Origin: Haliotis rubra
Taxonomy: Eukaryota
Direction of reading: 5' to 3'
Length of the DNA: 64,000 nucleotides
Assembly: GCF_003918875.1 (NCBI RefSeq)
Contig: NW_025764892.1
Location: 2,108,001-2,172,000 of the forward strand
Part shown: one piece after another, positions 13,261-25,000 of the stretch
How positions within the stretch are numbered: position 1 is the stretch's first letter
Layout: every line of letters starts with the position of its first letter
The notes under the pieces: model-generated
What the model saw: only the letters and a program-made list of their open reading frames with translations
Told to the model about the DNA's origin: nothing
The model's database searches: none
Program-made: the position numbers and the translations under genes

Positions 13261-13762
13261 CGTTACGTAGTTAAGTATCCGTAACCTAATTGATGAGCAG
13301 TCACGCTCGGAAAGAAAACACAGGACAAATTCCGGACAAAAGACAATTACTCCGCCAGTTAATTAGACGCCGAAGGGAAGTAACCGTGTAATGACAAATG
13401 TTTGTGTCACCTCCGGAAAATAGGTGTATAACTGGGAGTTCGAACCCAACCTTTGCTATTTTTTGGGCCATAACGATCTTCACATCTCGGGAGCATTGAT
13501 TAGTTTTATTTATGTAAAATTAAACTCGCAATACTTTCGAAAATACATAAAAGTAACAAATTTTGCGCATTACACATTAGAACTTTACAATACAAGCAAT
13601 AATTCTGTTCGGAGGAATTCTAATTATGAAATGGCCTGCATAAGTCTTGCATTCCACAAGGTTAAATTAAAACAACATGGTTTATGTAATAACCTGTAGC
13701 CGGAAAATATGAACATTCTCTTCGGAAAGCTGCAAAATAATGACAGAAAAGGGAGGTGTGCC

Positions 13763-13925
13763 TTAGGGACCGCTCATAATTTATGGCTGGGGTGTGTGAT
13801 GATGATTTGTAAGGAGAAGCATGTACAATGTGAATGACCCCCCCTTAAGATTTATGTACAAAAGAAGTAAACCCCACCAACCCACCCCAAATGTCATGTA
13901 CAAAATCAATGATTACAACACCTGA
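13763..13925 (+). repeat. Interspersed repeat (TTAGGGACCGYTCATAATTT terminus, possibly Crypton-like non-autonomous)
   Basis: Homologous to the reverse complement of about 57045-57316. Family assignment is uncertain. Confidence 0.5.
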
Positions 13926-14537
13926 AAACTCTGGTGGCTAAGCTGGTCTGACATCAGTCAACATATGGAGGGCAACAAATTCTATAAGTAACCTGTACAA
14001 TATGTGCAGTATATGTCTCTCGAAAATTATGTATCTGTATGCATAAAAAAGCAGTCAAATACACTGCTGAGTCTCCTCCATATCATTCATGACAGCTTGA
14101 ATGGTTTTGTAAAATAAAAGAAGACAACAACAGTATTTACTTGTTTACAACACACATATTTCTTGTTCAGAGTAAACAATTAACTGTTCAATGTGTCAAG
14201 GAAAAGAATCTTGAATCATTTGTTCAACTGTTATTCTTTGGGAATATAACAATATCATAACAAAGCTCCAACAGGTTTCAGCAACAACAAATAACATTTA
14301 AAACATTGTCAATAAATTACTTTATTTGCAAATATCACATGATGCACATCAATCAAGATTATGGGTCCAAATAATTTTCAGTTTGACAACCAAAGCTATG
14401 GTTGAAATATTTTGGAAGTGATGGAAAAAATACATTCAATACCTGAACTGGGATATATCCATAGGGTGGGTTGTTAGACTTCTCCCTGTGTACATGACTG
14501 CTCTTTGCCCTGTTAGCCTGATTTATGCCTCAGCTTG

Positions 14538-14977
14538 CAGAGCTACAGATAACTTTTTGGGTCATTGAGTTATGTACTCCCTTGTGCTCATCTCAATTGT
14601 GTATCCTAATTTTCCTCTCAGTAACCAAAACAAATTGTACCAACCTCACTCAAACTCAATTGGTCATTTTGTCATTGTAAAAATATAATAAAGTTTAAAT
14701 TTTATTTATGTTGGATCTGTAATATGAGAAATGATAAGAAAGACTGCAAGTTGCCTGGTTCATGTGTTGAAACAGAAACTCTCAATATACCTAAGTTATT
14801 TTTATCTATGCACCAGGCAAGCTAAGATTTGACATTTTTGTGTGTACACATGATCAAACATATTGAGTATTTACAAAAATTTCATGAAAAATTGTACGCA
14901 ACAGACTATATGAGAATTGAGTTTTCACATAACTATTTGCGTAATTTACGCAGATACGCAGCTTATCTGTACATCTG
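14538..14977 (+). mobile_element. MITE with CAG...CTG termini, copy 2
   Basis: Colinear with 12259-12721 over about 440 bp, with the same TIRs. Confidence 0.65.
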
Positions 14978-15091
14978 GCTTTTTAACAACAGTCTAATTT
15001 ATGCTATTTAATGGCTTGCTGAAAATCATTTTGTCATTATTCGTTCCTAAGTTTTCTTTCAAACGTTTCCATCGTATGGCTGCATCATTGC

Positions 15092-15252
15092 CTTCTTTGA
15101 GTGGCATTTTAGAAGCGGAAGCACACAAGTACAGATTCTTTTACCGTTGTCAAGCAGGAATTCCAGATTGACAACGGTACAAGAATCTGTATCGAAACAT
15201 CGCACTCACGAAATAAAGAAGATGTTATCCATCAAGGTAGTCTATATTCATA
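15092..15252 (-). mobile_element. Fold-back element copy E (partly deleted)
   Basis: Hairpin at about 15130-15190, CGAAAC..AATAAAGAAG core, and the tail GCTTCTAAAATGCCACTCAAAG on the minus strand. Confidence 0.55.
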
Positions 15253-15704
15253 TTGCATTATTTCCCAGGAACACCTGCCGACCGTCGCTGTTTGTAATTA
15301 TGCTCCTCGGGTTCATCTTTAGCGAATCCTTTCACTCCGGCTCTGGCTCTAGGGTTGTGGACTGTATATTCAATTTACTTTTTGTTCTGATAGAATACAC
15401 TTCGTTTGAGCCTGGTTGTGTGTTAGTCATCTTGGAAACTACTCTTTTACCCTCGACCACTTGTTTACATTTGTTGGAGTAGAATTAGAGTGATCTCCTC
15501 TTGGGAAAAGCGACCACATGATGTGAAGGGGGCATGTCAAAACGTTCGTAGTTGTATTCCTCACAGTCTTCCATTTGAAAAGACATCACACAGTTTGATG
15601 CTCATTTCTAATGTGGAGATGCGGCGTAAAGCAATATTCATTCATTCATTCATTCATTCATTCTAATGTGGACCTTGATGTTGTAGATGGCATCAATTGT
15701 GAAG

Positions 15705-15870
15705 ACTGACTGACTGAGTTTGGTTTTACGCCGCTTTTAGCAATATTTCAGCAACATCACGGCGGGGGACACCAGAAATGGGCTTCACACATTGTACCCA
15801 TGTGGGGATTCGAACCCGGGTCTTCGGCGTGGCGAGCCAACGCTTTAACCACTAGGCTACTCCACCGCCC
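15705..15870 (-). mobile_element. SINE family 1
   Basis: Full length. TSD TCAAT(T/A)GTGAAGA. Confidence 0.9.
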
Positions 15871-15967
15871 TCAATAGTGAAGAAGACTAACTTGCTGAAA
15901 TGCAGTTTTTTAAATGAACATCAGCTCCAAATATAGTGATTGTCTGCATGGTGTTGGACGAAAGAGA

Positions 15968-16173
15968 TTGAGTGAGTTTAGATTTACGCTGCACTCAGCA
16001 ATATTCCAGCTATATGACGGCGGTTTGTAAATAACCGAATCTGGACCAGACAATCCAGAGATCAACAACATGAGCATCGATCAGTGCAATTGGGAACCGA
16101 TCCCGTTAATCCACCCCTCTTACGACAAGCGTGGGTTACTGAAGACCTGTTTTAACCCGGATCTTCATGGGTA
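15968..16173 (-). mobile_element. SINE-like family 2 (internal deletion)
   Basis: Matches ACCCGTGAAG...CTTGTCGTAAGAGGCGACTAACGGG...GCTGGAATATTGCTGAGTGCGGCGTAAA. Confidence 0.8.
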
Positions 16174-19005
16174 ACACCCACCTAAGAGGGACAGAATCAA
16201 GGGAAAAACCTGAGGAGACAGGGTCAATGGTGGATATATGAGGACAAAGGAGGACATTCCACTTGTATGAAATGGACAAAGGAAATATTTCTTGGTAGAC
16301 ATGGTCAATTGGTCAATTATTGGATGACATTGACAGCGAGCCTGACCACCAGATCCCTGTTGGACAAAAGACTGAAATGATGTATGTCATATCAGTTGAG
16401 TCTCACCAGTACACGACTTTACCTCTGAAAAACCTGAATCATCAATGAGAGGGAACTTTAATTCCAACCCAGTAGGGCATATGGACAAGACAAAACTACA
16501 GGTACACTTAATGTGATAGATTTATAAGTTTTTTCTGTGTCTCAAGAGAAATATTGTTTACAAAATACATCATCCAAGTAATCTGACCATTTGAAATGAA
16601 ATCTGACCTGTTGACTAAATGATAATGAGAAACCATAAAACACTAAAACATTTTTGTCAAAAATTTATTAATGAAGCTGTACTATTTCTGCATGAAAACA
16701 AACCATGTAACATAACAAAAGCAACATTGTGCCCATAAACATAAATGCTAGGCTTCATCATGTAATAATGTCAGCATGACTAGGTGAATAAAATCATGTT
16801 AGAAGTTTTCTTTGAAGTCCATTTTATTCTGGGACAAAAGAATTTGGATAGTACAATTTGTTTGTGGTCTGGTATGTGAAACAATGATAAATTTCTTGAA
16901 AACAATCAGTGAATGTAAAGGATTGTGAAACAGATATGCCTTACATTGTGGGGAAATATCATCTTCCCAAGGCAATGGTGGTAACTGATTGTGAAAGCCA
17001 GGTTCCAACACTGACAAAATGGGCTGGAATTTTGTGGGTTGATCGTAGAGCCACCAATGGCTATTCTAAGTTATGTCTCTCCTATTGACAAATCAGATTC
17101 CACCTTTCACATTGCTAGTATTTCCCTTAAACAAAATGGCAGAGCCCATTCAAAACTATGTGATTGCTGATCAAGATCTTGGAGAGCACTGTGACAATCA
17201 ACATGCTTGGCAAATCCTGCAATTTAAGGCACGGCAGTTGCCAAGTTGTTAAGGAATCAAATGTTGATTTCATTTAGCAACTTTGACTGGACTATGCAGA
17301 GACTCATTAGACCAGCCAAAACATAACTCCATAATTCCAGCGAAGTTCAGCTTTTATAGTCAGTTAGCTCCCTTACCTAGGGAAAATGGGGAAAGGTATG
17401 ACACAGGCCAAATCGACAAGCACACGCACCCACGTACACAATATGACTATATTTCAAAGTACCTTTTCATTCATGCATGTGATACATCATCATAACATGA
17501 GAAGGAGAATATTCTTTGGACACAAGTGTATTGCAAAATTTTACCAGTACTGGAAAAAGCTTATTAAAATATGTCTTAAATCAATTTTTATTTGAGAGGC
17601 TTTTTCGCAAAATTGACAGTATACATATGTATTGAAGATTAATACATTGTACACAATTCGCAGCATACAATTGAGCAAAAGCATTGATTTATCCCATATG
17701 CCTGGGTTCAAAATTAAAGAAAATGATTTTATGCCAGTTTTAGCAATATTCAAGCAGGGTAAACCCAAAATGTACTTCACACATCATACCAATGAGGGGA
17801 ATCCAACCCAAACTTTAAGGCACAACAAGCAAAAGCTTCAACTATCAGGCAACTAAATTACCCCTTACCCCTCTGAGCAAAACATTCTTAATCCATGTCA
17901 TGATGGTTTTAGAACATGTCAAACCTGATCATGGTTAAACACTGAATTCATCAAAATCATTTCCTTAGATGTAGCAGTTCTATTGCTGGAATACTGCTGA
18001 ATGGGCAAATTATTATTATTGTGTAAGTTATCCTCTTTATAAAAACTGGCAAGCTGAAGGCAATAATTGTAAATGTAAGGAATTTGACCAAATTGCATCA
18101 TTATCATCTTCCCATGTAAACAGAATTTCTTCAAGGTAGTAGTACTGGAATGGAAATTGTTTAAAACTCTGTGTACCAATTGGTTAATGTCTATGAACCT
18201 AAATGAGGAGTAACAGACACATGGGTGTGATACATGTGACTCATGTAAATAAGTACAACTCCAATCAAACATGAACATAACTAGTATATAATCTCTATAA
18301 CAACCGACATGTCAATACACGACCATGCACATCAATTATATATTTAATATGACCAGTACAACACTCAGGAGATTCAGACATTTCAGTTCAAAATTATTTA
18401 ATGCAGGGGTAACAGAACACAGGGTTTATTATTATCTGTTTATTGTTGACTCCAAAAACCAGGCTGCGAACCACCTGGATTATGAAAATAACATCCCAAA
18501 CTGTGAGCCAAATTTCTCATAACACTTGTGCAACAATATTCTTTGTATCTTGATCAGAGTTTGCAGAAAACATGTTATATAAATGCAATCAACCTGGTAT
18601 TTCTAGCTATGATAACATGATATATGTGTATGTATTAATGAGAAAGCTGATAACAATAAGTGACCTATACTACTCAAATAAATGTAAGGGCCACCTGATT
18701 CTTTCCAGTCACATAGTCAATCTGTCATGCCATGGACTCTTGTAATATGAAAGAAATGGCTGTTCCTTTACCTTTTTTGAGTAGTAAATTCACTTCATGT
18801 AATGTCACAAAATATCCGCAACAAAAGAAATTCAACCAAACACATGCAACCTACAGTACGAGTATGCTACTCTACATACAAATGATGCATCATATAGACC
18901 AAAGTACAATATCTTGTAAGCCATAGTAATTGGAAGCTTTCATACCAGTCACCACAATCTGATTTATTGGAGTATTCATAGTGTTCTACTACATGTTTTC
19001 AGCTC

Positions 19006-22000
19006 CTAGTCAACAGATGGTTTCCTGGCTCCTTCATTTGCAAGTTTGTCTGCAGCCTCATTTCCAGGGATACCTTGGTGCCCACGAACATGCATCTGTT
19101 ACAAAGTACATACGTTTATAGCCTTGATATATTCACTGAAAAACATCTCATCTCACAATACACTTTTATAGCAGAGGGTCTTTGAACATTTTAGAAAAGA
19201 ACCCTCAATAACTGCATTTAAATCCATTGTTCTTTTCTTAAGTATTTTCTCTTTCATTCAGTAAAAATGGAATGATATGTCAGTTACTAAGAACTCAAGT
19301 ACTTAAGTTAAACCGAATGACAATACAAACAGGACTGCAAATTAATCCTCCAAATCTGTTATGTTCAAAGAACATCTGTTTTTCAAGACACAATAGATTA
19401 TGTTTGGTGATAGTCATCTACTCATCATATCCAACTCCTTTATATGACTCAATCAATTCTGCTTAACTATCGATTAACAACTTTTATGGTAGAAAATAAT
19501 TGCATTCAAAGCAGTTTTTGCTCTACCATTCTAATTACACCCATAATCATGCTTGTGGTGAAGATTTCATTTAGATGATCTGAATGAGTTGCCTTGATGC
19601 TCACCCATTTGACATTGATGCCTTGCAGGACCTCGTCCAGTTCCTGGATATCCTCCTTGTTGGCTACCTCCGTCCCAGCGGCAGTCTTCCACCCCTTCTT
19701 CTTCCACCCCTTCACCCACTTGGTGATACCTGCACACAAACATGCTCACAAAAGTTCCACTACACATAGCTCTCATCTTTGCCCATCATGAGCAAGTGAG
19801 AATATTTTTTAAATGTTAGACTTCATTGGATGATTGGGTACCACATTGCAATATATACTGAATCTAATAATAGAAACATTGTGGACATGTAGTATATCTG
19901 TATACATGTAACATGAAATCCAGTCATTGAAAACTAAAAATACCACAGCCTCCAGATGGGGCTCCCAAATAATAATACAAATAGAGATCAATTAATATTT
20001 CAACATTTACTTTCAGAATATATTTTCTTATTGGGATTCTCTAGTAACTGATGACCCTTAATTAAAGTCTATATTTAGTTGGAATGTCCTGAAGTTCAAA
20101 ACTAATAAAATCCTAAATCCTAAAATTAAATCAATGACTTCTTGTACTATTAAATAACATGCTAATAAACTGTACAGTAACTCACAGTTGATAAGAAATT
20201 CACTGTCAGTATTGATCACCAGGTTCTTGAGACCCTTGGACTTGGCCTGCCGCACTGCCTTGGCTGCTGCCTGAACACAACATTTCAGTCAGTTACATAG
20301 TGTTTCCATCCTATGAAGAATGTCAGTTAGGAGATACTCTATACATAACTTTATTTTTTCTTTTCAAAGAGTGTGCCATTTCCACAGGGTATTATATGTT
20401 ATCTGCAGAGTGAGTGTGTGAGTTTGATTTTACAATGCTTTTAGCAATATCATGGCGGGGTACACCAGAAATGGGCTTCACACATTGTACCCACAAGGGG
20501 AATCAAACCCGGGGCTTCTGCGTGACGAGTGAATACTTTAACCACTAGGCTACCCCACTGCCCCCTGTTATCTAGGCTTGCTGTTTATACTCACATGTAT
20601 CTCAGCTCTGTTGTTTGTTGGTCTGCCACCCAGCCTTTCTGAACAATTGCTGGAAACAAACCCCATATATATATATATGTAAATATGCCATCATAACAAA
20701 CCATATTTAATAGACATCTTAGTATATAAGTTTCCTTTGCATTCTCAAATTATTGTTTTTTAAGTTGTTGAATTTCTGTCAAAATATTTCCATATATTTC
20801 TTAAAAATAATTCATTTTCAGCTCGTTAAGTGTTACCAGTCAGCAATTACACAGTATATCTGTACCTCCCTGTTACTCACTAATTGTCCTATGCCAAGAA
20901 GCTGTCGACCAACACCTATTGTTAAACTGTTTGCTTTGTATAATCTAGAGAGAATAAACCATGTATATAGACCAGTAAACAATCCAAAACACAGTATTAC
21001 TGTAAGAGTGGCAGTTTAGATGACTTTCAGGGGTGTTGTTAGTATCCAAAAATACGAGAAAGATTTCACACCCAGTATCAAGTGTTTGTTGACTATGTTC
21101 CAACCCAAGAATTACTACACTACTACAACAGCAATCACAGTCATTTTGGTAGCTTATGAGCTTACGTAAGTTACACCATCTATTCTGCACCACAAACCAA
21201 AATAAAGAGTGCTCACCATGGAATATCTTTGACATCTCTCTGTCTATAACTATTAGTAAATACTCAAGAAAAACTACTTAGTGTTTTCAGTGATATATTT
21301 GGGACTACACTTTCTTAGTAAAGTACAAATTCTAGTACTTGGAAGCTGCAGTGGCTGACTGGGTTAGATCTCTGACTTTGTGTGTTGGTGATTAGGTGCC
21401 TGACTCTGACAGTGTGGGTTCTAATCCTGCATGGGACTCAACCGAATAAAAGTACAAAAATNNNNNNNNNNNNNNNNNNNNNNNNNNNNNNNNNNNNNNN
21501 NNNNNNNNNNNNNNNNNNNNNNNNNNNNNNNNNNNNNNNNNNNNNNNNNNNNNNNNNNNNNNNNNNNNNNNNNNNNNNNNNNNNNNNNNNNNNNNNNACA
21601 CTCAACAATATTCCATCTATATGGCGGTGGTCTGTAAATAATCGAGTCTGGACCAGACAATCCAGTGATCAACAGCATGAGCATCAATCTATGCAACTGG
21701 GAACCGATGACATGTGTCAACCAAGCCAGCGAGCCTGACCACCCGATCCTGTTAGTCGCCTCTTACGACAAGCATGGGTTACTGAAGACCAATTCTAACC
21801 CTGACCTTCACGGGTAACTAAGAAAATGTTATCCCAAATATAACATGTTACATAAACCACTTTCTAAAAGGCATTGTGTATTCATTCTTGTTTTCAGGAT
21901 TGTATGAGAAACATCAACACATTTCCAAGATATTTTATGGATTTAAGCTTCTGTAATGATCCCGAAACGTTATGTGGGAAAGAATAAAGAAGCTTAAATC

Positions 22001-25000
22001 CATATAATATCTTGGACATCTATAACAACTTCTAAATGCCGCTAAAACACATCAACACATTTGCCAGTTTTGTGGGCTTACTTCTTATGTCCAGGGCCCC
22101 AGAAGACCCCTATCCCTGCCACTGCTCCTTTCTTGCCGTTGTTGAAACACGCCCCGTCAGTGTAGACTGAGGGAGCACTGGGGTCAGTGAATGGAGTACC
22201 TGTGTATGGAGAAACCTATGCTCAGAAATAATCACTGAATTAACTTTTAGGACATTTAGTTTCAGATCAAAAGTTCTGATAAATGAGCCTTCAATTTACA
22301 CAGTCTAAGTAAACTTAGACTCAGTATTATTCGTTACACTGCTATACTGAGTCTAACAAAACCTAGTAGAAGGTCGCGTCAGCTAACCTTTCCAATTGAC
22401 CAATCAGAACACAGCTTAACAAATCGCAAAAGTGGACATTTGCACATACCTTTTGAACTTTTACCTCGAAAAATTTGTACCTGAACGATTCACAGCAGTG
22501 AGTAAACATTCGCTGAAAATAGTGTTTTGTCAGTATTCAAGCATGTCAACTTGAGGAAATATTAGCTAATAATAACCATGGCAACAGGAACCCCAAAGCG
22601 TATATACTGCAGGTCAAATATCTGTGTTTTATGCGGATTTGCGTTTGCTGGGAGATCAGTGTTGGCGACCGGGACCGAGAAAATCCATTTTGTAAGTCCC
22701 ACCGAACCCTAAATAGTAGCCATTGTGTGATTGGTTAAATTCGTTCTGCTGTCTCGCCTTTGATTGGACGGTCATAGGTCGCTCAAAGGTTACCTGACAC
22801 GACCTTCCACAAGGTTTTGTTAGACTCAGTATAGCAGTGTAACGAATAATACTGAGTCTAAGTTTACTTAGACTGCAAATTACAAGACAAGAAATCTTTT
22901 CTATAAAAGTGTCATATGCATATAGGTGTCAAGTAAAATAACTGAAATGATAGTACCGTAAAATATTGCTTTACTTTAGAACTACTACTCACCCCAGTTA
23001 AACAGTGTCAGAAATTAGAAGGCTCCTGGAATCTCTGATGATCTAAGTCAGAGTATCTGAGGCTAAGGACCCACTAATGTGATCCTTCTAAACATTGACA
23101 CTATGACGAGGACACCTTGACTTTCTCCCTCAAGACCAAACACTGTATGGACACAATCTCTGCCCAACACTTCTGAGTCAACGAGGCTGAACTTCAATCA
23201 TTTATGGTCAATTTCAGTTTGACTTTTATCATTTGATCTTATTACACTAACTAAGGCTTTACTGGACTCAGTGTCAAAGTGATAAAGATAGAAACAAAAA
23301 ATTACATGCATAAAGTTAAGAGGGAGGGAGTTTAGTTTTATGCCCCTTTTAGCAATATTCCAGCAATATCATTGTGGGGAACACCAAAAATGGGCTTCAT
23401 ACATATGGGGAATCTAACCCAAGTCATCGACATGACGAGCGAAGGCCTCGACCACTAAGCTACCCCACTGTATAACGTTAAGATACAAATTCAGTTTTAT
23501 ATTTACAAAAAAATTGAAGTGCACCCACCAGACCAGCCTGAAGCATCAGAGGAGTCTTCAGTTTTAAGTTTCTTGCTTCCCTTGTCCGATGATCCCTCAG
23601 AGCTGGATCTCTTTAGACTGGACCCTGCTGCTGCTTCTTCTAAAGTATCAATCTGTTCACACAGAGTGGAATAGGTTGATGACATCAGTTCCAGCTGGCC
23701 CTGTATTTTATTGGCTGTTTTACGTACTGAGTTCAAGGCTGCTGTTGCTTTTGAGTCTGCCATACTTGGTATAGAACAAAAGTGATTGGAAAAGGCACTT
23801 TCACCTGGGGAAAAATGGAAAAATGAAGTAGTAACATTAACTTTGCTTGGATGATTTTACAAAAAATGCCTGATGTAAAAGCTAAAACAAAAAACATGTC
23901 ATGATTTGGAAACTGTCCAGTTTATACCAACATATACACACATCAGTGTTTCATATTGGTTCATTAGTCCAGGGCAATGACTGATTGTAATCCATTACAT
24001 GTACATAAATATGGTAATGATATCAAATATATCCTGTCAAAAGTAAGTATCCTGAAAATGTCCTTATGTCATTTATCTAGCAAAATCATCTAAAATGTAT
24101 ATAACAGATTCAAACATCCTTTTACAGACAAACTGTACAAGAATGCATGCACAAATGGCTGCAACTTGGATGCAAACACAATATTATGAAAACCTGCTGG
24201 TTTAAGCTTCAGTGGTCAAAGGTTTGAGTGAAAGCTGAGAAGATCAAAACGTCCTTGCAGGTACATGGTACTAGTGCCTCTATCAAATAAAAGATAGCTT
24301 GTCCAGCTACGACTGTATGTACATATGCAGGGTGTGGTATGTATACACTTGATTACCATAGGGCATGATTCTGGGTATGTACAAATAAGCCTCCCTTTGT
24401 AGATATTCAGAAACCACAGTCCTATTGTAATTTTAAAATGCATGAACATCCCATCCTGTAAATACACCTTGAAGGTGGACAATGTCTGAGAAAGTGCCCA
24501 TATAATCTACACAAAATAGCTTATACAATGTAAACAAAGAAACTGCTATATCCACACCACTATTTCTTACTGCCTATATAATCTTCTATAATGTTACTTT
24601 AGTATGGACATGTATTCCTAATAATTTATTCCTTTTGGCTATGCTCACAAAAAATCAGTACATCTTCATTCTGTCAACGCATGTGGTGTCCAAAATCTGC
24701 ATTATAGATGGACAGATATACTACACACTGAACTAACAGATATTCATGGATATTGTTAAACTATGTGTATTTGTGCGTTGTGATATTGTTATTAATTCAC
24801 AGGATTTCATATCGGAAAATGATGTACAGACATACAGGATACTATGAACTACCATCAGGTCCTAACCATGACAGACATTCATGGACTTTGATAAAATAAG
24901 TGTATCTGTGCATAGTGTAACAGTGTATTGTGTGTTGCTAAATTCATAGGATTTATATTGGATTATAGGACACAACCATGCACTGTGAGTATTGATTTTT

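Noticed and set aside
21382-21738. ORFs spanning X residues
   Set aside because: Artefacts of the N gap and flanking SINEs.
21925-22048. CRISPR-like or guide-RNA interpretation of the variable segment in the fold-back elements
   Set aside because: The TSDs place the complementary arm inside the element rather than in the target flank, and there is no array or associated nuclease.
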